From: Gracilinanus agilis
Taxonomy: Eukaryota
Assembly (NCBI RefSeq): GCF_016433145.1
Contig: NC_058132.1
Coordinates: 250,837,621-250,901,620 of the forward strand
DNA length: 64,000 nt
Reading direction: 5' to 3'
Positions 13,190-25,808 of the stretch are shown one piece after another (position 1 is the first letter of the stretch; each line of letters opens with the position of its first letter). The translations under genes and the position numbers were made by a program. The notes under the pieces are model-generated. The model was not told the DNA's origin. It saw only the letters and a program-made list of their open reading frames with translations, and made no database searches.

Positions 13190-14885
13190 CTGGAAGGGAA
13201 AAAAAATAAGAAGCAATCAAGAAACCAAAAGAAACAAGTATCATACTAACCTATCTATGAACAGTTTGAATTTGAATGCATTAAAATATCTCTCATTGTT
13301 CCTATAAAAAAACAAATAAACATTTGTAAAAATAATTTAAGTAGATATGTATTTTTTTTTAAAAGAAAGAGGTAGAAGAGTTGAACCTCAGCTAATCAAA
13401 AGTCTAAAAGTGGTTCCTCAACTGTACTGCTTCCTTCTACCAACTTTCTATCTTTATAAAAGGGTGGTGACAACATCCTAAACCCCCTGAGAAACATGGA
13501 GTTGAGGTTGTAGACACTGTCAAATCTTTCAAATGGATGAACCCAGGGGCAAACAGGGTCATAGAATTTTCCTGCTGCCTTCTAGGTAAAATAAATTTAG
13601 TTAAGTGGTTTCCAATAAGATGTGCCACGAGAGACCTAGGAGATGTATTTAAAGATCATGGAAATTCAAAAATTCATTCTAGGCTACTGCAGAAAAATGT
13701 GGGCAAGCTTTTATTATACTTTCAGAGATTTGATAATGGTGATACTAGACTAAGTGGACAAGGGATTAAGCCAGAAAATTTAAGCTTAAGCACTAGGTAC
13801 TGAGTTATCCCCTATTTCATCTAGATACATGCCTTGTTGACCACCTAAAAGAAAGGCACAGCAACATACCATTTTTTTAAAAGGATACACTACAAGATTT
13901 ACAAATGAATTAACAACATACACAAGAATGTCTGTTGGATGAAATGTGCCCAAAAAATTGTGGCACTTATCACTTAGCTCTTATAGTTCATGTCATTACA
14001 GAGAATAATAAAAACACAGAGGAATACAATATGCTTCTAATACTGTCTTCTATTCAAGAGAAATTAGAAAGTGAATTATAATTGTTTTTACATTATAGAT
14101 CTAATTTTTTAAAATATTAAAGGACCAACTCTTATATGAAAACATTATTAGTGCTCTTTTTTAAAAGGAACATGCAAAAAAAGAATGATGCTTCAATATT
14201 TTTAGTAGATTATACTATAAAGAACCATTTATTCTATAAAATAAATTCATGAACATTACCTTAGTGAAAATGAGCAATATTAACTGAATACAATTAACAA
14301 TCAGTGAAAGTTAACATATGGTCAGATAATAAAAATCATGAGCTATACTATTAATGATGTTAAAATTGTTGGAATTTATGTTCAAATACTGACAAAACCA
14401 AATTAAAATGCTGATATATAACACAACTATGACTGACAATGGGTTTACGTTCTTAGTTGACATTTTTTAAAAGTCAAGGTCTTTTTGTGCATAATAGCAC
14501 AATTATTCACTAAAACAATAAATCCATGATATAGTAAAATTCCACTTAATCCAAAGTGGTGAAGGAATGTTATAGTTATCTTAATACTTTGGTTAACTTA
14601 AGAGTTACCAAACATGTTATACAAAATAAAACTATCAGAGTGAATAAAAATATAATGAGATGATCAAATGTAATTTAAACTCTCTTTGATGAATCAAAAA
14701 GTATTTTAAGATCCTGTCATGACTCAGGTTGATGAATACTAATCACCACTGAACTGAGATCTCATGACATATTCTGGAAGTTCCTTTTTTAAAAAAGTTT
14801 TCCTATTATCTGTTTGTTTATACAACCAAAATTATAATACAAAAAGAAAAACAAAAACCCAGTTTCATAAAAACTTCTAGTTTTT

Positions 14886-15088
14886 GGGGCAGCTGGGTGG
14901 CTCAGTGGATTGAGAGTCAGGCCTAGAGACAGGAGGTCCTAGGTTCAAATCCCGCCTCAGACACTTCCCAGGTGTGTGACCCTGGGCAAGTCACTTGGCC
15001 CCCATTGCCTACCCTTACCAATCTTCCACCTATAAGTCAATACACAGAAGTAAAGGGTTTAAAATTAAAAAAAAAAAAAAAAAAAAAA
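14886..15088 (+). mobile_element. SINE1_Mdo-like SINE in intron 3
   Basis: Full head and core, long poly(A), TSD tctagttttt (14876-14885 and 15090-15099). Confidence 0.93.
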
Positions 15089-15267
15089 GTCTAGTTTTTA
15101 AGAAGTACAACATATCTAGAATCTTACTAACAAAAAAATTCCCAGTACAAGAAAATATATGTAATATAAAAGGGACACAATAAATATAAAATTAATAGCT
15201 AAGTGAAGCTAAAGAATGAATGCATGTATCCTATTTATATTTAGTTTTATGTTACTATAATACTTAC

Positions 15268-15343
15268 TCATCCCCAAATATTTGATGGCTGTACTCAGGA
15301 TTAAAAGTTGTGCTGTCATTGTCAAGATCTTCAGCAAAGCGAA
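15268..15343 (-). CDS. HAT1: HAT1 exon 3 (76 nt), VRFAEDLDNDSTTFNPEYSHQIFGD(D)
   Basis: Acceptor poly-T...ttaatag|TT, donor GATGA|gtaagt. Phase fits exons 2 and 4; homologous to human VRFPEDLENDIRTFFPEYTHQLFGDD. Confidence 0.96.
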
Positions 15344-15564
15344 CTATTAAAAAAAAAAAGATATATAAAGTATACATACACACAATAGCAGCAGTTCCAT
15401 CAATTTTTTATCATTCCTCTATAGTGACAATCGACTAGATTTTTATGAGACAATTCTGAATTCAATATTGGAAGAAATTTCAATGCTGAAATACTCTAAA
15501 TCTAATATTTTGGGAAGGAAAGAGCTAGGATAAGAAAGAAAAATGAATAGTTACCTGTCTAAAT

Positions 15565-15783
15565 CAGTGTTCTCTAACTTTCTAGTTTCAAGACTCCTTT
15601 ATAGTCTTAAAAATTTCTGGCGACTGCCCAAAGAGCATTTGTTTAGGTAGTATCTATCAATATTTTTATGGCATTAGAAATTAAAATGTCTTAGTATTAT
15701 TATGAAAACAAAGACCCTGCAGATCCTCTGAAAGGATGTTAGGTAATCCCAGAGGTTCCCAGACTACACTTTGAGAACCATTA
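15565..15783. mobile_element. Ancient hAT-Charlie-type MITE
   Basis: Ends cagtgttctctaac ... tttgagaaccatta (degenerate CAGTGGTTCTCAAA TIRs); 8-bp TSD gtctaaat/gactagat (6 of 8). Confidence 0.7.
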
Positions 15784-16011
15784 GACTAGATGTACCTACA
15801 AGTCAATAAGCATAACTGTTTTAACAAATCTAAATAGAAATATTAAGAATTTCAGGAGCAAGTGATCTTGCTCATGAATGATAGTGCCACTTGCTTATTA
15901 TTAGGCTCCTTATAACAGGATTTATAAAGGACCTTAGTTTTAAGTATAGCTACAAAATGATAAGAATCTCCCCCCACCTATTCTCCTTCCTTCCTTTCTT
16001 CTTCTTCTTCT

Positions 16012-16218
16012 TTTTTTTTTTAAAAACCCTTACCTTCTGCTTTAGAACTAATATTCAGTATTGGTTCTAAGGCAGAAGAGCAGTAAGGCCTAGGCAATGA
16101 GAGTGAAGTGACTTACCCAGGGACATACAGGTAGGAAGTATATGAGGCTAGATTTGAACCCAGGACCTCCCATCTCTAGATGTGGCTTTCAATCTACTGA
16201 GCCACCTTAGTTGTTCCC
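16012..16218 (-). mobile_element. Older SINE1_Mdo-like SINE
   Basis: Reverse complement of head, core and tail, with T/TTC tail at left. Confidence 0.85.
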
Positions 16219-16459
16219 TAATCTCTTCCTCCCCCTCCCTTTTCTCAGTGCATCTCTCCCCCAAACATGTATATAATAAGGTAGATGACTCTTTCTTCAA
16301 AATAGGCACTTTATAAAGCTATACACTACTTTATTGATGTTGGTATTAGGAAAACATTTTAAATGGTCTTTTGACACGATATCTAGACTATATATCCATA
16401 TTGTCAAAGAGCTGATGGTATAGGTATAGGTGATAGGGTAAGGGGTGATAATAATATCT

Positions 16460-16700
16460 AGCAATTCTAAAGCACCTGATGGCTTACAAAGCATTTTAGA
16501 AATATCATCTCATTTATTCCCCACAACAACCCTAAGAGGTAGGTCCTATTAGGGTCACCATTTTACAATGAGGAAACTGAAGCTGACAAAAGACATTAAG
16601 TGCCTTATCCAAAGTCACACAAATGTGTCTGAAGCTAAAATTGAACTCAGGTCTTCCTGACTCCAAGTCCAGTACTCTAACCACTGTGCTACTTACTTGT
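16460..16700 (-). mobile_element. MAR1/MIR CORE-SINE
   Basis: cattttacaatgaggaaactgaagc...gaactcaggtcttcctgactccaagtccag, reverse CORE-SINE. Confidence 0.75.
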
Positions 16701-17605
16701 TAGGTAAGAGATTCCACATGAGTTTTACATGTGTCATTTAGTATATATTTAATTTCATTGAGACTTCCTTCTATTTCTTCCCAATAAAACAAAAATATAG
16801 AGGAAAATAAATACATAGGCTAGTTGAAAGTGATGCAGCGTGTTTCCTTTCTTAGGTTATATACTGGTTTATGCTGAATAATTTTGATTTTTCTTCAGTT
16901 ATTCCCATAATAAAAGAATCTTCCTTTATTATAATTTCCAGCTTACTTACTTTTCATCCCAAACCACTGCTTGGGGTTATGACAATGTCTGCCTGATTGA
17001 TTCCTAAGTGCTTCGAACAGTGTTTACAGGTCCTAAGACAACACTTAGTTGTTAGAAATGGGGAAGAATGTCTTTTAACATCTTTAGACAGACTTTATTG
17101 TACTATTATTTAATGCTGAAGAACTCACATGTGCCATTTAATTTAAATTAAGTTACTGAAAGAAAATGCAATTCTAGTTCCAGTTAAAATCTGAAAACCC
17201 AGAAGAATGGAAAGAAGGTATAGAAACAAGGAAGAAAGAGCCAGTAAGAAAGTAATTGTATTGTTTGGTTTCATTAAATACCATGTCCAGTCTCTTAAAA
17301 GGTCCTAAGAAGTCAGGCACAAGATATAAGAATCTGTATAATTATCAAAGTCTTAAGAGAAGTTTTAGAGAAATAACTTAGTGAATTGCATTATTCTAAC
17401 TTTTTCATTCAGGATTTAATAAGCTTTGTTACCTAGTATTAAAAAAGTGTATAATTAAGCAAAAAATAAAGGATAATTTATATTAGTTTTCTAATTTATA
17501 AGTGAATAAAAACCTGTTGTATTTTGTTAACTCACCCAAACCATTTCTCTTGAACAATTAAAGTATAATTATTCTTCCAAGTTACACTCAAAGAATCTAA
17601 ATTAT

Positions 17606-17806
17606 GGGGGCAGCTAATTAGCTCAATGGATTGAGAGCCAAGACTAGAGTGGAGAGGTTCTGAGTTCAAATGTGGCCACAGATACTTCCTAGCTGTGTGA
17701 CCCTGGGCAAATCACTTAACTCCATTACCAAGCCCTTACTACTCTTCTGCCTTAGAACCAATATACAGTATTGTTTCTAAAGATAGAAGATGAGGTTTTT
17801 AAAAAA
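17606..17806 (+). mobile_element. SINE1_Mdo-like SINE
   Basis: Head, core and tail; TSD aatctaaat on both sides. Confidence 0.87.
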
Positions 17807-20560
17807 AATCTAAATAAATGATTCCAAATGTATTTGTGATCCCATCAATGTGGTAATCTCTGTTAACAGACTCATCCTTATCACCCATGCTCCCTGTCTA
17901 CATGTTCAATCAATGTGCTTGGTGCTTCCTTGAGGTCTCCTACCTCTCCAAAGTTGGTCTTTTGGAAGGTCAAAGAGCTAATATATACTCATGAGGCACC
18001 TCTTTATTGCCCCAGTTCTTCAAAGACTATAGCATTCCTTGAATCAATGCTATACAATACCACAGAAAGAATGTTGTTCTAAAAAGAGATGTGTCTTTGT
18101 TTGAGAGTAGTTTGGGATCTTTGAAAGAACTTTGCAAGTTCCCAAAGGTAATTTAAGCCTCTTCTCCTGTTCTACCCACTGTGCCTAATTCATTATCCAA
18201 TTTCAATGTCTATCAGTTATCCATATGCAGTACATATGTATGTACGTACATATGTACACACACACACACTTTTTCTCTCTCCACATAAGCATTCTCTTTC
18301 TCTATGTAACAGTCTGGATAATTTGCATTCTTCATCAATTTGTTTTTATCCTGTGTTTGGGCTAAATTCTTCTATATTATTATAGATCTTTACATGGCTT
18401 TGAAAATGCTTCAGGATTTGATGAAATCAGTGCAGTATCATTCACAAAACAAAATATGGAGGACTTCAATATCTATGGGTATACAATATCTATGGGTATA
18501 CATATCTCATAGATAATATCAATATGAATCTTAGTCCTTTAATCAAGTTTCTTGATTATTTAACTTTATTGATCATAATTCTAATCCTTAATCAATAGTA
18601 GGTAAAAAAAAGTTACAGAGAAAAGTTTTGAACTTTCCATCAGGAATCATGCCTCCTTCTGAAGTACTTGTGATAAAATGGTTTTGGCTGTGTATTTTAG
18701 AGGTGAAAATTCTGATATTACTATATGTTCATACAATTCTTGGGGGTTATAATTATTTCAGCACATAGCTTTTAGAATTAAGGAGTGGGAACAGTGGCAG
18801 TAAAGACCCAAAGAAGACTCAGGGTTATATGATGGCAAAGTGATTAGATCCCTGAGGACTACAGAAAGGTATCAAGTATCCACTGATCTTTTGGAAAGCA
18901 AGACAATAGCCTGACATAATGGAGGCAAAAGAAGGCATAATGGAGGCAAAAGAATGTTCCACTGATGGCTAGACAAATTATTTCAGAGATAAGTAAGAAA
19001 AGATAAGAGAATTAAATTATTTCAAATGGGGCTAAAACATAAGATTCTCGAAGGAAGCAGAAAAGGCCAAAACTAAGGAGGAGGTGGTGAAAGAGAACAG
19101 AATACTACAGATTTTAGCTAGAACTTTCAGGATGAGTTTTTTCCAATTTCCTTTTTACATGAGGAAATCCAAAACGGTTGAAATTGGGGCCAAGACAGAA
19201 GCCCCTGCTTAGCTTCAGACTTACAGGTCATGTTAAAGGACTGAAAAGATCTATTTCTACAAGACCTAGCCAGGTACTTGCATTTCTAGGATACTAAAAG
19301 TAAGCCTGAATTCCAGGCCCAGACTGAAGAAAAAATACAATGCCAGTGGCAGTAGGGAATAAATATTCTGCAGCTTACATAGGATTTAAATGAAAATTAT
19401 AATACAAAATATAAACATATTAAGCAGTTATTATGTACAAAGTGCTATAATAGGTATACTATTAGCACTGAATAGACATAATCCCTGGCTTCATGGAACC
19501 TAGGGTCTAGTAAGTGGATAAAACACAAACACAGGAATAGTCATATTATATACTTATAATACATAAGTATGTTAGATTCATATGACAAAGAACCATAATG
19601 AAATATAAAGGGACTGTCAAAACTTCATCTGATATTTCATTCTCTACCCATCTCCTTTCCCTCCATGATGGCAGGTTAAAAAAAAAGAAGGGAAAACTAG
19701 TTAATCAAGGCAGTATAGCATATAGGAAAATGGCCTGTACTTGAAATCAGGAGAGATCTGGGTTTGAAATCCACCTCTGATGCTTATTGATTGTATTACA
19801 TTGAAAGAAACAGTGGAAATAAGTATTTATATAGTGCCTACTATGTTCTGAGGATTGTGCTAAGGGCTTTTATATATACTAATCCATTTGATCCTTACAA
19901 CAACCCTGGGAAGTAGATAATATTATGATCTCCATTTTATAGTTGGGGAAAATGAAGATAACAGAGGTTAAGTGACTTGCCCAAGGTCACAAAGCTAGTA
20001 CTCAGTTCTTCCTAACTCAAAGCCTATTACTCCATCCACTGCACCACCAGCTGCCTCTACTGGCAAGTCTCATCATGTAAAATGGGAATTATACTACTTC
20101 AGATGTCAGTTGTTACTAAAGCAATTTTGAGTTATTAGTATTATTGCCAGCAGGAAAAATAGTGGAGTATAATGGTTCACCCCCTTAAATAACACAATCC
20201 AAGAGAACAAGTTCTTTTGAATATTTCAAAAGCATCTTTTACATGCATTTACAATATTATTTACAAATTATTTTTAGCTATAAAACAAAAGTTGGTACTT
20301 TTATGATCAGTCAGAACAGTTTAACATTTCCAAGTATACTTTCTCTAATTATAATTAAGTTTAAAATTTATCCCAAACACTTAAAAGAGAGCAATCTTTT
20401 AATTTTTAAAAAATGCATAAGATTCTTAAAGATGCAATGGTAGAGCTCTGCCTTTGAAAGCACAGCTTCTAGATATAGATCCTGTCTGTGACATTTACCC
20501 ATTGACTTTGGACTTATCATTTAACCTCACTAGACCTTAGTTATCTCATCTATAAAATGA

Positions 20561-20644
20561 GAATGCTGAATTCTATGACATCTATGGTCCCCACTACTCT
20601 AAGAATGCTGAATTCTATGACATCTATGGTCCCCACTACTCTAA
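20561..20644. repeat. Perfect 42-bp tandem duplication in a MIR tail
   Basis: gaatgctgaattctatgacatctatggtccccactactctaa twice, 20561-20602 and 20603-20644. Confidence 0.95.
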
Positions 20645-20879
20645 AACTATACTATGTTTATTAATCTACAACATGCTACAGGAAAATCATCCTTGCTAGT
20701 TGTCATCTGCAAAATAACAGGGACAAGCTTTAGAAGGGTAAACTGAGCAACTTTCCATTATGGGAGGTTGAAAGGATACTAAGAAATTAATCGACACATG
20801 AAGAAATGAGAAGTTAAGTATTCTCAATTTTTTCATTGTTCTGAGGGATTTGGGCTTCCTAGTATTAGTAAAAATACTG

Positions 20880-22150
20880 TTCTTGAACAACAAACTAAAG
20901 TCAGTCAAGAAGAATTTAAGTACTTACTATGGGTCGGGGATTGGGCTAAATTCTAGGAAAACAAATAAAAGCAAGAAACAGTCCCTGGCCTCAAGAAACT
21001 TGTATTCTAATGGAGGAGACAACATGCAAAATACTAGATATGTGTAAGATAAATAATGAGATGGAAGGTAATATGAAAGGGGAATGAATTAGTAACTGGG
21101 GGGAGAGGGGGTTGTAGGGTGGGGAATGTCTACAAAACGTGGACTTTGAGCCAAGCCTTGAGGAGAATCAGGGAAAGGGAAATTAAGAGGAAGATGTGAA
21201 AGAGCAGAGCATTCCAGGGATGGGAGAAAACCAGTGCAAAGGCACAGTGATGGAACATGGTGTCCTATTCAAGGAACTTCAAGTAGGTCAGTGTAGCTAA
21301 AAGAATGAGTTGATATGGTGTTAAGTAAGATGGCTGGAAAGGTAGGAGGTAGCCCAGTTATAAAGAATTTTAAATACCTAAACAGGGTAACAAGGAGCCT
21401 ATAAGTTCATTATCAAGGTATAAAAGACATGGTCAGGGGGCTGCTAGGTGGTTCAGTGGCTTGAAAGCCACACCTAGAGATGGGAGGTCCTGGGTTCAAA
21501 TTTGGCCTCACACACTTCCTAGCTGTGTGACCCTGGGCAAGTCACTTAACCCCCATTGCCTAGCTCTTACCACTCTTCTGCTTTAGAATCAATACACAGT
21601 ACTGATTCTAAGGAGGAAGGTAAGGGTTAAAATTAAATAAAAATAAAAGATATGGTCAAATTCATGCTTTAGCAAAATCACTTTGGCAAAAGAATGGAGG
21701 ATAGACTGGAGAGACTTGAGACAGGTAGATCAGTTAGAAAGTTATCACAATAGATTAGAAAATGATGAGACTAATCTGGGATTGTGGATGCATGAATGAA
21801 TGAAAAGAGATAAATACAAGCAATCTCCAGAAAGTAGAAACAATACAATTTAGCAATGATTGGTATGTGAGTGACAGTAAGGAATCAAGGATGATACCAA
21901 GGTTATAGAACAACTGAAAGAATGGTAATACCCTTGACAGTTAGAAGGAAGATTTAGGAAGAATGGGATTTAGAAGGAAAGAAAATATATTGAATTTAAG
22001 ATGCTTCTAGTTTGAGATGTCCAAGAAGCATTTAGTTAAGTGTGAATACTGCTCAGCAGAGAGACTAGAGCTAGGTAGATAGATAGATCTGGGAATTACT
22101 GGCATAGAGCTAATAATTGAACTCATGGGAACTGAAGGGATGACCAAGTA
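20880..22150 (-). mobile_element. L2 remnant interrupted by a SINE
   Basis: Reverse L2 3' region (gtccctggcctcaagaaactt...gatttaggaagaatgggattt...tttgagatgtcc). Confidence 0.7.
21436..21642 (+). mobile_element. SINE1_Mdo-like SINE
   Basis: 16-bp TSD ataaaagacatggtca/ataaaagatatggtca (21420-21435 and 21643-21658). Confidence 0.9.
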
Positions 22151-22387
22151 GAACAGGGGTCAGCAGGTTTCCATTTGTTTCCACTTAGTAACCTATCTAA
22201 TTTTTCAAAAGTTCTACTCAAGTCCTTATCTTTTTACTATATCTGTCTAATTCTAAAGTACACAGATTGAGGTACCTACTATTATAGTTTTACTGCCCAT
22301 TTCTCTCTGAAATTCACTTAACTTTTTCTTTAAGTAGCCATGCTATGCATTTATATTAAGCATACTAGTAAGAATAATTAAATTCTA

Positions 22388-22630
22388 GGGCAGTTAAGAG
22401 GCTCAGTAGATAGCCAGGCATTGAAATGGGAGGTTCTGAGTTGAAATCTGGCCTCATACATCCTGCTGTGTAACCTTGGGCAAGTCACTTAGCCTCCATT
22501 GCTTAGCCCTTACCACTCTGTAGCCTTGGAACAGATATTTAGTATTGATTCAAAGACAGAAGGGAAGGAAAGAGAGGAAAGAAAGAAGGAAAGAAAGAAA
22601 GGAAGGAAGGGAGGGAGGAAAGGAGGAAAA
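22388..22630 (+). mobile_element. Older SINE1_Mdo-like SINE with GAAA/GGAA microsatellite tail
   Basis: Diverged head and core followed by purine-rich simple repeat 22560-22630. Confidence 0.75.
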
Positions 22631-22999
22631 ATTTCTCTTTTTACCATGCCTACATATATATAAAATCTTTTCTGAAATTATTGTCCCTGCCTTTTCTAAT
22701 TCATCTGAAACATAATAATTCTACTCCAGCTCCTAAGCTTAAGTCTATATGAATCATATTTCAAGTAGGTTTTTTGGGGAAAAAAATGTATTATAGGACT
22801 CTACTTTCTAATCCAGTCTGTAATTCTTTTCCATTTGGAGGAGGTGGTGGTGGGGTGGTCTTAATTCATACTATCTCCTATTATGATTATTTTCTATTTT
22901 CCTTGATTCTGTCATATTTTACCTTTTCTTCTCTGTGCTCCCAATGTCCACTTTAGAAATAAGAAGTTGTAGAAGAATTTACCTAAACTATAAACATAT

Positions 23000-23900
23000 T
23001 TATAAACTATAAATTAAACAGTAACAGGTTTTTCTTTCTTTCTTCTGAATCCTCTCTTCATACAGACCACCTCCAATCTTGGAATTTATTGTGCTTAAGA
23101 CACCTCTATTCCTTATTCTACTCTCCTTAAATCTCTTTCCTCCTTCCTATCTCCCAGATGAATGGAATAATACTTATTATAATCTTTGTACATGTATATT
23201 GGTGCTCAACATTTTTTCCCTTTTGTTCAAATGAAAAATAAGATTTTTGGATACCCATTCTTTCCACTCCTTTCTCCATGTTTGAATACTTTTTCATCTA
23301 ATACAGCTATAATGATTTTCCCCTCCTTCCATTCCCAATATGGCCCTCTATCCTTTCCCATTTGTCTTCTCCCAAGACTATCAAAACAAAACAAAAGCAT
23401 ACCCAGATCTTCTGTCTGTCATTTTTACCTTTCTCTATGGTGCTTAAAGATATCAGGGTTCTGAGAAGACATTGCTTTTTGTCTCCCTGTTAACATATAA
23501 ACAATTTATCATATGTGTACCTTTCTACTTTTCTCTTTACTCCCCAAGTTTTCATTTTGTTGAATCTACTCAGTTCTGAAGTTATTAATTTTATTTAAAG
23601 TCTATCCTTTCACACTTTAAGATTGATTATACTCCATTTTGCTGGTTAATTTATTTTTAGTAGTAAGCTTATACCTTTTACCTTTTGGACTATCATATTC
23701 CAAGCTCTCCACTCCTTCATAAAGGTAGCTGCTAAAATATTTGTTATCCTGGCTGTGGCTCCTATGTATCTGAATTCTTATTTTTGGTTGCTTTTTGTTT
23801 TCTATCTGGGAACCCTGGATTTAGATGATGTTCCTGGGAGTTTTCATTTTGGGATTTCTTTCAGTAGGTGACTAATGAATTCTTTCTACTTTCACTTTAA
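23000..23900 (-). mobile_element. Old L1 ORF2 fragment
   Basis: Reverse L1 ORF2 5'-region motifs (ggactatcatattccaagctctccactcctt, gttcctgggagttttcattttggga). Confidence 0.6.
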
Positions 23901-23915
23901 CCTATGATTCTAAGA

Positions 23916-24131
23916 CTGTGCTTGGCAAAGCTATGGCTCACATGCCAAAGGGGGCTGATCCCCTCCCCCTCTGACTCTCACCTGAGGATATTTCTCACAT
24001 GACCCGTCCCTCTGCCCTGCAGTCCAACAGGAGTGCTGCCTCCCTCCCCTGTCTGGTGTGAGATAGGGGCTCACACATGGCTTGAGGATTGTAGTTTAAG
24101 CATTCAGTCTCTAAAAGGTTTGCCATCACTG
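23916..24131 (+). mobile_element. hAT MITE, short internal-deletion copy of the 52556 family
   Basis: Degenerate left end ctgtgcttggcaaagctatgg, intact right end tctaaaaggtttgccatcactg; shares cccctccccctct and cctgaggat motifs. No matching TSD found. Confidence 0.75.
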
Positions 24132-25608
24132 TGTAACAAATGAAAATGATAAAGGCTGATATTATGAAGAAAAATAATATTTTAATTACCAGTTCCATGT
24201 TGGTAAAATATATAAGACCAGGCCTGACTATTTTAAAAAATGCTGCCAGTCCGCACCTTCCCCCATCATCTCTATGTAGCCAGAGACCCCTCAAGCCGGG
24301 TTTCGCAATATTTAAAGCTGGGCTTTACGTTGAAGATGTCATTACGTCCAAAACAGGAAATCTGTTGCATAATGGAAAATGTAGTTTCAAAGTGTCCACA
24401 GGAAGTTTGTCATTAAAGCTCAAATGAGTCCCAAGTAGCTCTAAATAGAGCACCAGAAATTCTAAATAACACACTGTTGTAAGAGATTTGAGCAATTTTC
24501 ATTTGTGTTTTCTTGAAATATGGTAGTTAAGCTTTTTTTGGTCATGACTTTCAGAGAGTCTGATGATTAAGATTATCTGTTCGTATTTTTCAAAGTAAAA
24601 TTATTTGCTTATTAAGAAATCATAAATTTCCATATTCAATCCAGGCACCAAAAATTATACTTCTATCTCATCCTTTAGCAGAACATGCCCCAAAACATTA
24701 TGGTCATTCTAAAATACTTAACATACCATAAACAATGTTATTCATTTCTGGTCAGACCTAAATTTTTTTCTCTGCCACTTTCTTAACTACCTAACCATAT
24801 TTCAATTCCCTACAAGAAAAGAATTAAAGAACAAAAGGGTAGGTAACACTGCTAAAGATCCAATTAAATGCATTTTATATCACATACATAACTTAGATTA
24901 GAATGTGAACTTTTATGAATGGAATGTGCACTACACTAATAATACACTGGCATTCTAGCTTTATATCCTGACTCTAGCTCTGTGACTTTTGAGAATAGGG
25001 AGCATGGTATATTGGAAAGATCTCTGGACTAACACTCAAAGAGATCTCAGTCAACATTATGATCAAATCTTGGGCTTAACATTTACTAGCTGAATGACCA
25101 TAAGCAAAATCATAACCTCTCAGCCTCAATTTCTTCCTCACTTGTAAAATAGGAATAATATTTGAACTACTTACCTCACAGGGTTATGAGGAAGATGCAT
25201 TGTTAACTTTAGAGGCCTATAATAGATGGAAGTTATTACTGGGCAATTCCCTTAAGTCTCCTGGGTTTCAGTTCTTTATCTATAAAATAAAGGCAGTTCA
25301 ACTAGATGAACTAAAGTTCTTTCTAAGTTAAAATTCTATAATCCCGTATTTATGAACACTTATTTCATCCAATCTAACTATAGTGGGGCAATCATTGGCT
25401 CTGGAGTCAGAGAAACTATATTCAAAGGTCTCTAATGACATTTTCTATTTGTGACTTTGGGCGAGTCATTTACCCTTCCTTATATGATAAAAAATGAGGG
25501 GTTTGGACTGAATAGACTTTGTGATCTCTTCTAGCTCTAGATCTATAATCCTTTGAATACATAAATACCATGGGTAAATAACTAATCTGAAGCCAATATA
25601 AAAAAAAA

Positions 25609-25808
25609 TTTTTTTAAACCCTTACCTTCCGTCTTGGAGTCAATACTGTGTATTGGCTCCAAGGCAGAAGAGTGGTAAGGGCTAGGCAATGGGGGTCAAG
25701 TGACTTGCCCAGGGTCACACAGATGGGAAGTATCTGAGGCCAAATTTGAACCTAGGACCTCCCGTCTCTAGGCCTGGTTCTCAATCCACTGAGCTACCCA
25801 GCTGCCCC
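25609..25808 (-). mobile_element. SINE1_Mdo-like SINE (young)
   Basis: Near-consensus reverse copy, TSD aatataaaa. Confidence 0.93.

Noticed and set aside
14690-14770. TGATGA...CTGA pairs suggesting a C/D snoRNA
   Set aside because: Wrong strand for a HAT1-hosted snoRNA, imperfect C box, spacing too short, no terminal stem.
18229-18270. Quasi-palindromic gtacatatgtatgtacgtacatatgtac followed by (CA)n
   Set aside because: Low-complexity purine-pyrimidine repeat; the symmetry follows from composition.
24140-24427. 95-aa plus ORF and 99-aa minus ORF over the intron-2 element
   Set aside because: No recognisable homology or splice context, and the minus ORF runs into a MITE; a regulatory explanation fits better.
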